A program made the position numbers and the translations under genes. A stretch of DNA of 50,839 bases from contig CAVTHS010000013.1 in the NCBI GenBank assembly GCA_963734535.1, positions 1 through 50,839 of the forward strand, given 5' to 3'. The notes under the pieces were generated by a model, which made no database searches, had not been told where the DNA came from, and saw only the letters and a list, made by a program, of their open reading frames with translations. The stretch is from an uncultured Chloroflexia bacterium (GTDB taxonomy: Bacteria; Chloroflexota; Limnocylindria; Limnocylindrales; CSP1-4). Shown piece after piece: positions 9,058-18,480 of the stretch. Numbering within the stretch: position 1 is the first letter of the stretch; every line of letters begins with the position of its first letter.

Positions 9058-9861
9058 CTAGCCCCGGGCTGCGAGCGCCTCGACGAGTCTCGCTTCGGTG
9101 GGCGTGCTCCCCAGGCCCAGCCGCGCCCCGACGCGGGCGGCAAGCGGCGGCTCCAGGTACGTGGATGCCAGCACGTCCCAGCTTGGCTGGCCGAAGACGT
9201 CCGCAGGCGTCCCGTCGAGGATGATCCTTCCGGCCCGCATGACCACCACCCGCCGGAACGTGTCGGCGACGAACCGCATGTCGTGGCTGATCGCGATGAC
9301 CGTCCGCCCCTCCGCGGCCAGCGCCGCCACGATCGACCGCACCCGCGCGACCCCGCGCAGGTCCTGGCCGGTTGTCGGCTCGTCGAGGACGACGATCGGC
9401 GTGCGCATCGCCAGCACCGACGCGATCGCCAGGAGCTTCCGGCGCGAGTAGCCGAGGTCGTACGGGTTCTCCTCGTCCGTTCCCGCCAGCCCGACGGCTT
9501 CCAGCGCCTCGGTCACCCGGCGGTTGAGCTCCGCGCCCCGCAGCCCCAGGTTCCGCGGCCCGAACGCCACCTCCGTCCGGACCTTGCCGGCGAAGATCTG
9601 GCGGTCCGGGTCCTGGAAGACGAGGCCGACAAGACGCGCAAGACGCGCCACGCGGTCGGTCGTGATGTCGCGCCCATCGACGCATACGGATCCTGCGGTC
9701 GGCCGCAGGAGCCCGTTGAGGTGGCGAACCAGCGTGGATTTGCCGCTCCCGTTCTGGCCGACGATCCCCACGGTCTCGCCCGTTGCCACCTGGAGCTGCA
9801 GCCCGTCGAGTGCACGAGTCCCCTCGGGATAGACGTGGACGAGGCCGTCGATCTCGATCAT
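9058..9861 (-). CDS. ECF transporter ATPase (EcfA/CbiO-like)
   Basis: GQNGSGKST, VFQDPDRQ, LDEPTTGQD, ISHDM; ATGA overlap with the upstream ATPase. Confidence 0.92.
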   Translation of the reverse strand: MIEIDGLVHVYPEGTRALDGLQLQVATGETVGIVGQNGSGKSTLVRHLNGLLRPTAGSVCVDGRDITTDRVARLARLVGLVFQDPDRQIFAGKVRTEVAFGPRNLGLRGAELNRRVTEALEAVGLAGTDEENPYDLGYSRRKLLAIASVLAMRTPIVVLDEPTTGQDLRGVARVRSIVAALAAEGRTVIAISHDMRFVADTFRRVVVMRAGRIILDGTPADVFGQPSWDVLASTYLEPPLAARVGARLGLGSTPTEARLVEALAARG

Positions 9862-10655
9862 GAGGCCAGGGCCGCGAGGTCGATGCCCGTCCCGGTGAGC
9901 AACCGGGAGAGTCGGACCTGCGATGGAGCTTCCACTCCCCAGGCCTCGAGCCGCTCGTCCGCGAGCACGGTCGAGGCGTCCCCATCGAGGACGATCCGCC
10001 CGTCGACGATCACGGCCACTCGGTTGCACAGACCGTCGAGCAGGTCGGTCTTGTGCTCGGCGACAAGGAGCGCTGCCCCGGTTGCGGCAAGAGCGCGCAG
10101 CGCCTCGCCAACGAGTCGCGTCCCCTCCGGGTCGAGCTGTGCGGTGGGTTCGTCCAGGATCACGTGTCGCGGGTCCATCGCGAGCAGGCTGGCGATCGCG
10201 ACGAGCTGGCCCTGTCCGCCCGAAAGTCGCGCAGGGTGGCGCTCGGCGAGCTCCTCGATGCGCAGCGTGGCGAGGGCCCGGCGCGTCCGGGCGAGCGTCT
10301 CGCTGACCGGGAGCCCCAGGTTCATCGGTCCCAGGGCAACCTCCTCGAACACCGTGGCGGCGACTCCGGAGCGCTGCGTCGCGGGATTCTGGAAGCCGAT
10401 GACCACGCGCTCCGCGAGCTCATGCGTCGGGCGGCCGGCCATGGCGTCCCCGTCGATCCACAGCCCGCCGCCCAGGGTTCCGCGGATCGACGCGGGTGCC
10501 AGCCCCGACGCGACCAGGCAGATCGTGGACTTGCCGCTCTCGTTGGCACCGACCAGCCCGACGATCTCGCCGTCACCGAGGGCGAGATCGACGTCCTGGA
10601 GCACAGGCTTCGCATACCCGGCGTAGCGATAGCTGATGCCGCGCAGCTCGAGCAT
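9858..10655 (-). CDS. ECF transporter ATPase (EcfA/CbiO-like)
   Basis: GANESGKST, FQNPATQ, LSGGQ, LDEPTAQLDP, AEHK. Confidence 0.92.
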   Translation of the reverse strand: MLELRGISYRYAGYAKPVLQDVDLALGDGEIVGLVGANESGKSTICLVASGLAPASIRGTLGGGLWIDGDAMAGRPTHELAERVVIGFQNPATQRSGVAATVFEEVALGPMNLGLPVSETLARTRRALATLRIEELAERHPARLSGGQGQLVAIASLLAMDPRHVILDEPTAQLDPEGTRLVGEALRALAATGAALLVAEHKTDLLDGLCNRVAVIVDGRIVLDGDASTVLADERLEAWGVEAPSQVRLSRLLTGTGIDLAALAS

Positions 10656-10663
10656 CGCTGGCC

Positions 10664-11476
10664 TCAGACGGCCGGCACGAGGATGCCGAGCGCACGCGCC
10701 ACGATCGCCGCCGCCAGGGCGACGACGAGCAGCCAGCGCGCCGCCCGCTGCGTGGTCGAGTCGCTTATCCACCAGAGGAGACTTCTTCGCCCGGGCCGGC
10801 CGAACGCGCGGACTTCGAGAGCGAGGCTCCGTTCCTCGACCTCCGTGAGCGAGGAGAGGAGGACGGGCGCCACGAGTGGCAGGATGCCGCGCAGGCGGGC
10901 GACGACCGAGCCCTCCGTGTCCAGCCCGCGGCTCCGCTGGGCGGCGGCGATCACTCCTGCTCGCGCCACCATGGCTGGCACCGCCTCGAGCGTGGCAACG
11001 GCCACGAACGCGAATCGGGGTGAGAGGCCGCGGCGCTCGAGGTCGAAGACGAACGCCCGCGGATCCGTCGTCAGTCCGAACAGCCCGATCGCGGCAGAGA
11101 TCGTGAAGAGTCGAACGAGCGTCTGGCCGGCGAAATCCACGCCTTCGAGCGTCGCCGCGAACGGACCGAGCGCGAACAGGACCGTCGTCCCGGCTCGCGT
11201 GAACACGCTGACGAGCACGACCGAGATCGCAATCGGAAGCGTGAGCAGGATCGAGACCCGGATCAGCCGTGCCGGCACGCCGGCGACTGCCGCGCAGGCG
11301 ATTACCGCGGCCAGGATCAGCAGAGGCCCCACGTATCCGCCGACGACAAACGCCCCGACTGAGGCGACGCTGGCCGCGACGGCCTTCGTGAGCGGGTTCA
11401 GTCGATGGTATGGCGATGGTGTGGCAGGGACGAGGCGAGCGACGATGTCCTGGTCGCTCGCCTGGAGGAGCGCTAT
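10664..11476 (-). CDS. ECF transporter transmembrane T component (EcfT)
   Basis: HRLNPLTK N-terminal motif, AQRSRG and LEVRAF (xRx) motifs; no ATG/GTG/TTG nearby, in-frame ATA overlaps the upstream TAG (start uncertain). Confidence 0.88.
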   Translation of the reverse strand: MALLQASDQDIVARLVPATPSPYHRLNPLTKAVAASVASVGAFVVGGYVGPLLILAAVIACAAVAGVPARLIRVSILLTLPIAISVVLVSVFTRAGTTVLFALGPFAATLEGVDFAGQTLVRLFTISAAIGLFGLTTDPRAFVFDLERRGLSPRFAFVAVATLEAVPAMVARAGVIAAAQRSRGLDTEGSVVARLRGILPLVAPVLLSSLTEVEERSLALEVRAFGRPGRRSLLWWISDSTTQRAARWLLVVALAAAIVARALGILVPAV

Positions 11477-12324
11477 GCCTCCAACCCGACCGCCTGCTCG
11501 CCCTGTGGGAAGCGCGCCACGAACCGGCGAGACAGCGCCTGGAGGAGCAGGAAGACCAGGAAGAACGTCAGCGTCTTGTCGATCGGATCGGACAGGAGGC
11601 CCTGCTGGAGGACCGCCGTCTGGAGGTCGGAACCGCCCTTCTGGAAGGCAGCAACCAGGAGGTCCGTGCCGGATCCGGTGACCCCGCCGAACACGATGGC
11701 CGAAATCGGTGCCGAGATGATCGCCGAGACAACGCCCGTGAGCACGCCGCCGACCACCACGAATGCGACGCCGAGGTCGCGGCGCGCCAACAGGGTGTAC
11801 AGGAACCCCACGAGAGCGAGGACGAGGAGCACCGCCACGATCCAGGCCAGGCCGACGAAGACCGGGGAGACATCCGTCTGGTCGCCGAAGAACGTGAGGG
11901 TGCCGCCCGTGTAGAAGGGAACGAACCCGTAGAAGAACGCGACGGCGAGGATTCCGACGACCACGGCGAACCCGATCATCAGGCGGCCGAGCGAGGTGTT
12001 CGGGCGGCTCCTGAACCACCCAAGTCGTCCGAAGATGCCCGCGAGGAGGCCGATCTCGACGGCCACTATCGCAAACGGGGCCGCGTACTGGCTGTTGAAC
12101 GGCGCCGGCAGCACATAGGTCCAGATCAGGTTCGCGAGGAGTCCGGTCAACATCCCGGGAACCGGTCCTGCGATCGCGCCGACCAGGATCGTGCCGATCG
12201 AGTCCAGGTAGATCGGCAGCTTCAGGGCGGCGGCCACCGTCTGGCCGAGCACGATGTTGATCGCGATCGCGATCGGGATCAACACGATCACCCGCGTGCT
12301 GAACTGTCGTGACAGCCAGGCCAT
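11473..12324 (-). CDS. ECF transporter substrate-specific S component (enlarged)
   Basis: IPIAIAINI, KLPIYLDSIGT..GP..G.LTG, SAPI..FGGVTGSG, DPIDK motifs; operon with EcfT/A/A'; GAGGAGG SD. Confidence 0.85.
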   Translation of the reverse strand: MAWLSRQFSTRVIVLIPIAIAINIVLGQTVAAALKLPIYLDSIGTILVGAIAGPVPGMLTGLLANLIWTYVLPAPFNSQYAAPFAIVAVEIGLLAGIFGRLGWFRSRPNTSLGRLMIGFAVVVGILAVAFFYGFVPFYTGGTLTFFGDQTDVSPVFVGLAWIVAVLLVLALVGFLYTLLARRDLGVAFVVVGGVLTGVVSAIISAPISAIVFGGVTGSGTDLLVAAFQKGGSDLQTAVLQQGLLSDPIDKTLTFFLVFLLLQALSRRFVARFPQGEQAVGLEA

Positions 12325-12455
12325 GGTGCTCGGACCTCCTCAACCCGCGTTGTCCCGCCCCGATCGCCACGGCCGCGTCCCTTGAGCGCCGGGCGTCGCT
12401 CCGGTGCAGTGTCCCACGCCGGACGTACCCGACGCCACGCCTTCGCGGCGGTTTC

Positions 12456-13472
12456 TCAGCCCACCCGCGCCGCCAGCTCGCCGACCCGCTCGATGAACCG
12501 CTCGAAGAACGCAGCCGCGTCGCCCTCGACCGCGACGTCCAGGGTGGGCGGCCGGCCCCAGGCGCGCCGCCAGTCCGTCACCGTCTCGCCGGTCGTGAGC
12601 GTCCCGCCCAGCTCCACCTCCACCGTGAGCGCCTCGGTCCGGACCAGGGCTGGTTCCAGCGCCGCGGCCACCGCGAACGGGTCGTGGACGAAGGCCCCGT
12701 AGAAGCCGTCGTAGCGCGAATGGAACTCCATGTAGAAGCGGAGCGCATCGTCGATGAAGCGGAGGACGCGGTTCGTGGCCGCGCTCGCGCCGGTCCGGGC
12801 CGCCAGCGCCGCGAGGTGCCCGGGCAGGAGCTTCGCGCGCTCCGTGACGTCGAGCCCCATCGCCAACGGGAACGGCGGCAGGCCGGCCTCGCGCCGTACC
12901 CCGGCGACGTCCGGGCGTCCGAATGCCGCGATGCACATCCTGGCCGCTTCGGGGTCCACGGCGACGTTCCACTCGGTGGTCGGGGCGGTGTTGCCCGGCG
13001 ACCGGTAGCTCCCACCCATGATCACCCAGCGCCGCAGCAGGGTCGGCAGGGCCGGCTCACGGAGGACCGCCAGCGCCAGGTTCGTCATCGGGCCCAGCGT
13101 CACGAGCGTCAGCTCGCCTGGCCGGCGCCGCGCCTCCTCCACGATGGCGTCCGGTCCGAACCGGGCGGACAGGGGGCGGCTGGCCGGCGGCAGGACCGCG
13201 TACCCGATCCCCAGCGGACCGTGCGTCTCCGGCGTGGTCACCAGGTCGCGCACGAGCGGCGTCTCCCGTCCGAGCGCTACCTCGACGTCGGCCCGGCCGG
13301 CGAGCTCCAGGACGGCCCGGGTGTTCCGGGCCACCTGCTGCGCGTCGACGTTGCCCGCCACGCAGGTGACGGCCACGATCTCTACATCCGGCGACGCGCA
13401 CGCGTAGAGGAGCGCAAGGCTGTCGTCGATTCCGGTGTCGACGTCGAGGAGCAGGGGAGTCGAGATGCCCAC
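12456..13472 (-). CDS. Inosine-uridine-preferring nucleoside hydrolase family protein
   Basis: DVDTGIDD, VAGN, HG..G, LGPMTNLA, MGG..GN..EWN..DPEAA, GLDVT, HDP; TAGCAT -10 lies 6 nt before GTG (leaderless). Confidence 0.93.
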   Translation of the reverse strand: MGISTPLLLDVDTGIDDSLALLYACASPDVEIVAVTCVAGNVDAQQVARNTRAVLELAGRADVEVALGRETPLVRDLVTTPETHGPLGIGYAVLPPASRPLSARFGPDAIVEEARRRPGELTLVTLGPMTNLALAVLREPALPTLLRRWVIMGGSYRSPGNTAPTTEWNVAVDPEAARMCIAAFGRPDVAGVRREAGLPPFPLAMGLDVTERAKLLPGHLAALAARTGASAATNRVLRFIDDALRFYMEFHSRYDGFYGAFVHDPFAVAAALEPALVRTEALTVEVELGGTLTTGETVTDWRRAWGRPPTLDVAVEGDAAAFFERFIERVGELAARVG

Positions 13473-13759
13473 CGGACGATGCTAGCGCGCGGGACGGGGA
13501 ACGGGACGGCGAAGTGGAGCCCGCCCGGGAACGCGCCACGCAGGCCAGCAGGCCAGGGCCGAACAGATCCGGGCGACGCGTGCCGACGAAGCTGCATCGC
13601 CCCATCCACGCACGCAAGCACGCAACGCCATCCGGGTCGAGGATGCACACTGCACCGGGGCCCGGACGGCGTCGGCCCATTCTCGATCCCGTGACCGGTG
13701 ATCCGGACCGAGCGGCGCTCGCGCCCGGGATCCAACTCGAGAGCCGACAGGGAGCCACG

Positions 13760-14452
13760 GTGGCAGAAGACAGGACCATCTCGCGCGAAGTCCTCGCGGA
13801 CCAGGTAAAGGACCGTCTTCTCCAGGCAATCATCACCGGGCGATATGCGCCGGACTCCCGGATCGTCGAGACCCGCGTTGCGCGGGAGTACGGCACGAGC
13901 CAGGCGCCGGTCCGCGAGGCGCTGCGGGGCCTCGAGGCGCTCGGCCTGGTGGAGATCACCCCGTTCCGGGGCGCTCGCGTGCGGCGGCCGTCGCGCAGCG
14001 AGCTTGTCGAGGCGTACGCCGTTCGCTCTGAGCTCGAGTGCCTCGGTGCCCGTCTCGCGGTTCCCCGGATCACGGACGCCGACATTGCCGAGCTCGAGGC
14101 GCTCGGCGAGGAGATGCAGCGCGCCGCCCGGGCGGATGACGGCCACGCGGTCGCAACGGCAGACGCGTCCCTTCACGGGCGCGTCGTCCAGCTGTCGGGA
14201 AACGCGACGCTGGAGCGTGTCTGGCGGGCGCTCGAGCCGTTCTCGCGAACCTACATCACGCTCGTGGTGCCCGGCGCGGACGCCCAGTGGACGGCCGACC
14301 TCCACCTGCCGATCCTCGAGGCGCTCCGGAGCCGCGACGCCGACCGGCTCGTGCAGGCGCTGCGCCAGCACTTCCTCGATGTCGCGGTGCGGCTCGCCGA
14401 GGAGTGGAAGGACGCTGAGCCGCAGCCCCAGGTCCCAGCGGGCGCAGGCTGA
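13760..14452 (+). CDS. GntR (FadR/FCD) transcriptional regulator, paralog 1
   Basis: RIVETRVAREYGTSQAPVREAL HTH; FCD D..LH..V..SGN..L; GTG 13760 after GGAG. Confidence 0.92.
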   Translation: MAEDRTISREVLADQVKDRLLQAIITGRYAPDSRIVETRVAREYGTSQAPVREALRGLEALGLVEITPFRGARVRRPSRSELVEAYAVRSELECLGARLAVPRITDADIAELEALGEEMQRAARADDGHAVATADASLHGRVVQLSGNATLERVWRALEPFSRTYITLVVPGADAQWTADLHLPILEALRSRDADRLVQALRQHFLDVAVRLAEEWKDAEPQPQVPAGAG

Positions 14453-14503
14453 CCGTCGTCCAACAGGCGCCCGGGCCGGCCCGGCATCCCTGGCCGCCCA
14501 GGC

Positions 14504-15304
14504 CTAGGGCGTGCGACCGAGCAGCTCGCGAACCTGCTCGGCCACGCGGGTCGCGGACAGGCGGTAGATGTCGAGCAGGTCCTCGTTCGTGCCCGACTCG
14601 ACGTAGACGTCCTGCAGCCCGATCCGCTGGACCAGCGTGGGGCGGTGCTCTGAGAGCACCTCGGCCACGGCACCGCCCAGGCCGCCGATCACCGAATGCT
14701 CCTCGACCGTGATGACGCGGCCGGTCCGCTCGGCGGCGGCGACGATCGCCGACACGTCGATCGGCTTGAGCGTCGGGACGTGGAGCACGTGGGCGTCGAT
14801 GCCGTCGGCAGCCAGGAGATCGGCGGCGTCCACGACGCGCGGTGTCTGGGATCCGGTGCTGATGAGCGTGACGTCGCTCCCCTCGCGGACCACGACCGCC
14901 TTCCCGATCTCGAACCGGTAGGAGTCGTCGAAGAGACGCTGCGTCGCGTCGCGCACGAGGCGCACGTAGCACGGGCCGTCGTACGCCGCAGCCCAGCGGA
15001 GGGCCTGCGCGGCCTCGACGTCGTCGGCAGGAGAGACCGTGACCATGCCCGGCATCGCCCGCATGATCGACATGTCGTCCACGATGATATGGCTCATCCC
15101 CGTCTGACCGGTGAACAGGCCCGCGTAGCCGGGCGTGATCTCGGCGGCGTGGACGTGCCCGGCCGGCTTCGACCCGGGCGGGTAGACAGACACCCCCAGC
15201 GAGACGTTCCGGGCGGGGCTGTTCCACGGTCCGAAGTAGGAATGCCAATCGCGGCCGGGGAGCGGCACGATCTCCGCCTCCGATCGTGCTACCCGCCTGA
15301 TCAT
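14504..15304 (-). pseudogene. In-frame chimera: cupin N-terminal half fused to an N-truncated transketolase C-terminal subunit
   Basis: aa1-55 have cupin motif 1 (SVYPPGSKPAGHVHAAE); from ITPGYAG on it is TK-C (G.SH...D....R..P.M.V.SPAD, GP.Y.R, EEH...GGLG) lacking its first ~100 aa. Confidence 0.65.
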
Positions 15305-15368
15305 CCCGTCACCTCAGCTCGACCGCGGCGGCCGGCGCCGCGGGGGAAAGCGCGCGTGGACGGCGCAC

Positions 15369-15409
15369 CATCGATTATCGATGATACGGAAATCCACCCG
15401 GCGAGTCAA
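15369..15409 (-). promoter_or_regulatory. sigma70 promoter overlapped by GntR-type operator 1
   Basis: Minus strand TTGACT-17bp-TATCAT (15409-15381); palindrome CATCGATTATCGATG at 15369-15383. Confidence 0.75.
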
Positions 15410-15551
15410 CGCGCAGTCGCGCGTTCCGGAGCCTCCCTCGAGCGAGACGGCTCGCCGCGCACGCGAACGCTGCCCGAACGGAGAAGACCCCGGGCACGGT
15501 CCCGCCCGCGAGAGCGGCTCGGGCGTGCCCGGGGTGGGTGCGAAGGATCGG

Positions 15552-17078
15552 TTACGCGTTGCCGGGGAAGACCAGGGAGAGGGCGCCGCGGCGGCCCGGC
15601 TCGGGCCAGCGCTCGGTGATCATCTTCTGCTGGGTGAAGAAGCGGACGCCGTCCTCGCCCCGCATCGCCAGGTCGCCGAAGGCCGACGCCCGCGACCCGC
15701 CGAAGCTGAGGTAGCCGGCCGGCACCGGGATCGGGACGTTGACCCCGATCATCGGGACGTCGACCTCGAGCTTGAAGCGCCGGGCAGCGCCGCCGTCGGT
15801 GGTGAAGATGGCGGTGCCGTTCGCGTACTTGTGGTCGTTGATCAGGCGGAGCGCCTCGTCGTAGGTCTTTGCGCGAACGATCCCCAGGACCGGCCCGAAG
15901 ATCTCCTCGCGATAGATCTCCATCTCCGGCGTCACCTGGTCGAACAGGGTCACACCCAGGAAGTAGCCGTCGGGATTGGCCGGATGGTGGAACGGCCGGC
16001 CGTCGACCACGAGCTCGGCTCCCTCGGCCTCGCCCTTGTCGATCCAGCGGATGACCGACTCGCGGTGCTCGGCGGAGTAGATGGGGCCCATGTCCATGCC
16101 GGGCTCCATGCCCGGACCGACCTTGAGCTTCGCCATCCGCTCCAGCATGAGCGGCCGCAGGCGCTCGGCCGTGTCGCCGACCGCGATGACGAGGGTCTGG
16201 GCCATGCAGCGCTCGCCGGCGCTGCCATACCCGGCCGCCACGGCGGCGTCGGCGGTGAGCTCCATGTCGGCGTCGGGCAGGACGAGCATCGCGTTCTTGG
16301 CGCTCGTGTACGCCCCCACGCGCTTGCCGAGCCGTGTCCCCGTCTCGTAGACATAGCGACCGACGGCGGTCGAGCCGACGAACTGGATCGCCTTGACGTC
16401 GGGGTGCTCCACGATCGCGGTCACGGCCTCGCGGCCGCCGTAGACGACGTTGAAGACCCCGTCGGGGAGCCCCGCCTCCTTCCACAGCTCGGCCTGGAGC
16501 TGGGTCGCGCCGGGGGTGTGGGACGACGGCTTGAGGATGAGCGTGTTCCCGCACATGAGCGCAATCGGGTAGATCCACAGGGGGACCATCGCCGGGAAGT
16601 TGAAGGGCGTGATCGCGGCCGTGACGCCGAGCGGCCCGCGGAGGGTGAAGGCGTCGACGTTCGTGGCAACGTTGGGGGTGTTCATGCCGGCGAGGTGGAC
16701 CGGGAGGCCGCAGGCGAACTCGACGGTCTCGATGCCCCGGGTGACTTCCGCGAACGCGTCGGGGAACGTCTTGCCGTGGTCGCGCGTGATGAGCGCGGCC
16801 ATCTCCTCGCGGTGCTTCCACATCAGCTCGCGGAATGCGAAGAAGACCTGGCTGCGGGCGATCAGGGGCATGTCGCGCCAGGCCGGGAACGCGGCCCTGG
16901 CGGCCGCGACCGCCGTGTCGACCTCCGCGGCACCGCCGCGCGGAACGCGGCCGATCACGTGGCCGGTGGCCGGGTTGTGGACCGGCCCGGTCTGCTCGGG
17001 AAGGACCTCGACGGGACGACCGTCGATCCAGTGGGACAGGATGGGCAGCGTCGCCGGCTGCGCGATCTCGGTGGTCAT
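15552..17078 (-). CDS. mmsA: CoA-acylating (methyl)malonate-semialdehyde dehydrogenase
   Basis: ITPFNFPAMVPLW, FVGST, SAGERCMA catalytic Cys, EEIFGPV, IGVNVPIPVP; SD spacing favours ATG 17078. Confidence 0.9.
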   Translation of the reverse strand: MTTEIAQPATLPILSHWIDGRPVEVLPEQTGPVHNPATGHVIGRVPRGGAAEVDTAVAAARAAFPAWRDMPLIARSQVFFAFRELMWKHREEMAALITRDHGKTFPDAFAEVTRGIETVEFACGLPVHLAGMNTPNVATNVDAFTLRGPLGVTAAITPFNFPAMVPLWIYPIALMCGNTLILKPSSHTPGATQLQAELWKEAGLPDGVFNVVYGGREAVTAIVEHPDVKAIQFVGSTAVGRYVYETGTRLGKRVGAYTSAKNAMLVLPDADMELTADAAVAAGYGSAGERCMAQTLVIAVGDTAERLRPLMLERMAKLKVGPGMEPGMDMGPIYSAEHRESVIRWIDKGEAEGAELVVDGRPFHHPANPDGYFLGVTLFDQVTPEMEIYREEIFGPVLGIVRAKTYDEALRLINDHKYANGTAIFTTDGGAARRFKLEVDVPMIGVNVPIPVPAGYLSFGGSRASAFGDLAMRGEDGVRFFTQQKMITERWPEPGRRGALSLVFPGNA

Positions 17079-17117
17079 GAACATCGCCTCCCTGGGTGCG
17101 CTCGGTGGTGGGATCGT

Positions 17118-18212
17118 TCAGGCGTGCCGGATGTCCGGGTTCGGCAGAACCAGGTCCTGGATCGCACCCTGGAGATCGTGGTAGGACTTCACGAACGCCC
17201 GCAGCGTCCTCGCGCTGGCTCCGAACGACTCGAACTCGGCGGGCGCCATCCCGTCGGGATCGTAGGCCCGGCGGAAGTCCGGAATCCGCTGGTACAGGTC
17301 GTCGATGAGTGCCGGGTCGACGGGCACGTCCATGCGCGCACCGGGCACGATCCCGCTCTTGTTGAAGCGGACCTGCCACGCGTACGGCAACGTCAGGCTC
17401 ACGTCGCCGCCGACCAGCTCCGTCCAGTGGAGCCGGTGGCGGTACGCCGCCACGAGGAGCCGCGAGCGGTAGCCGCGCTCGCCGAAGATGGCGTAGGCCC
17501 GCTTGAACGCGGCGATCCCGGCCCAGTTCGGCGCATCGGGATGGACCGCCAGGTCGTCGCGCTCGATCACGACCTTCATCCAGTCATCGAGTCGGCCGAT
17601 CATGATCGTCACGACCGGCGACATCAACGCGGTGTCACCGCCCGAAGCGGCGAACCGGGCGAGGCCGCGCTCGACCGCCTCAGCCGCCGCGATGGCCTGC
17701 GGCACCGTGAACGACACCGTCGCGTTGATGTTGACGCCGCGCGCCGTCGCCTCCTCCATCGCCTCGATGCCGGCCGCGGTGGCCGGGAACTTGACCTGCA
17801 TGTTCGGCGCGAGGCCCGCGAAGCGAACCGCCTGCTCCACCATGCGGACGGGATCGCGGTGATTCGCGGGGTTGGTCTGGAGCGACAGCCTGCCGTGCCG
17901 CCCGCCCGCCCGATCGAAGACGGGTCGGAGCACGGCTGCCCCGTGGACGGCCATCTCCTCGATGATCGCCCAGGTCAGCTCGACCTCGCTCCAGGCTGGG
18001 TTCGCGTCTGCCAGCTCGCGCACGCGCGGGACCCAGACGGCGCTCTCCTTCTTCATGACCTCCAGCACGATGCTGGGGTTCGAGGTCGCCCCGGTTGCGC
18101 CTCGCTCCACCGCGTAGGTGAGCTCCGCGGTTGCGCAGGAGTCGTTCCAGTACTGGGTCGGCGTGGTCTCCGCCATGCGGAGCAGCGGGCTCTCGACCGT
18201 GGTCAGCGTCAT
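17118..18212 (-). CDS. tal: Transaldolase family protein
   Basis: WNDS, GATSNP, QVKFPAT Schiff-base Lys, INATVSF, IGRLDD; GAGGAG SD before ATG 18212. Confidence 0.88.
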   Translation of the reverse strand: MTLTTVESPLLRMAETTPTQYWNDSCATAELTYAVERGATGATSNPSIVLEVMKKESAVWVPRVRELADANPAWSEVELTWAIIEEMAVHGAAVLRPVFDRAGGRHGRLSLQTNPANHRDPVRMVEQAVRFAGLAPNMQVKFPATAAGIEAMEEATARGVNINATVSFTVPQAIAAAEAVERGLARFAASGGDTALMSPVVTIMIGRLDDWMKVVIERDDLAVHPDAPNWAGIAAFKRAYAIFGERGYRSRLLVAAYRHRLHWTELVGGDVSLTLPYAWQVRFNKSGIVPGARMDVPVDPALIDDLYQRIPDFRRAYDPDGMAPAEFESFGASARTLRAFVKSYHDLQGAIQDLVLPNPDIRHA

Positions 18213-18335
18213 GCGGGTTCTCCTCGGGCGCCGCGGCGTTCGGGCGTAGGGGACGTCGATACAGGATGGACCAGCAGGGCCGGTCCGTGCCCGGACATCT
18301 CGTCGAGTCGACACGTCGCTCGCGACCTCATAGGA

Positions 18336-18353
18336 TATAATCGATGATCGATG
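18336..18353. promoter_or_regulatory. TATAAT -10 element overlapped by GntR-type operator 2 in the divergent tal / dikinase intergenic region
   Basis: TATAAT at 18336-18341; ATCGATGATCGAT at 18340-18352. Confidence 0.7.
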
Positions 18354-18480
18354 GGGAATTTGCAAGCCCGCGTAAGGACGGAGAGCACGCGAGGTTCACG
18401 CGGATGACCGACCCTGCGGGGACGGGCGTCTGACTGGTTGCGGCTGACGGCGGCAGAGCACGTAGTTGGAGTCGAACGCA

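Noticed and set aside
12325-12455. preQ1 or purine riboswitch ahead of the ECF S component
   Set aside because: No recognisable aptamer consensus or A-rich 3' tail
15381-18347. 988-aa plus-strand ORF (and similar long ORFs 1877-4057 -, 18328-20088 -, 23637-25523 -, 30001-31908 +, 36909-39770 +, 44029-45672 -)
   Set aside because: Antisense shadows of well-supported genes; stop codons are rare in the reverse frame of high-GC3 genes and no motifs are recognisable
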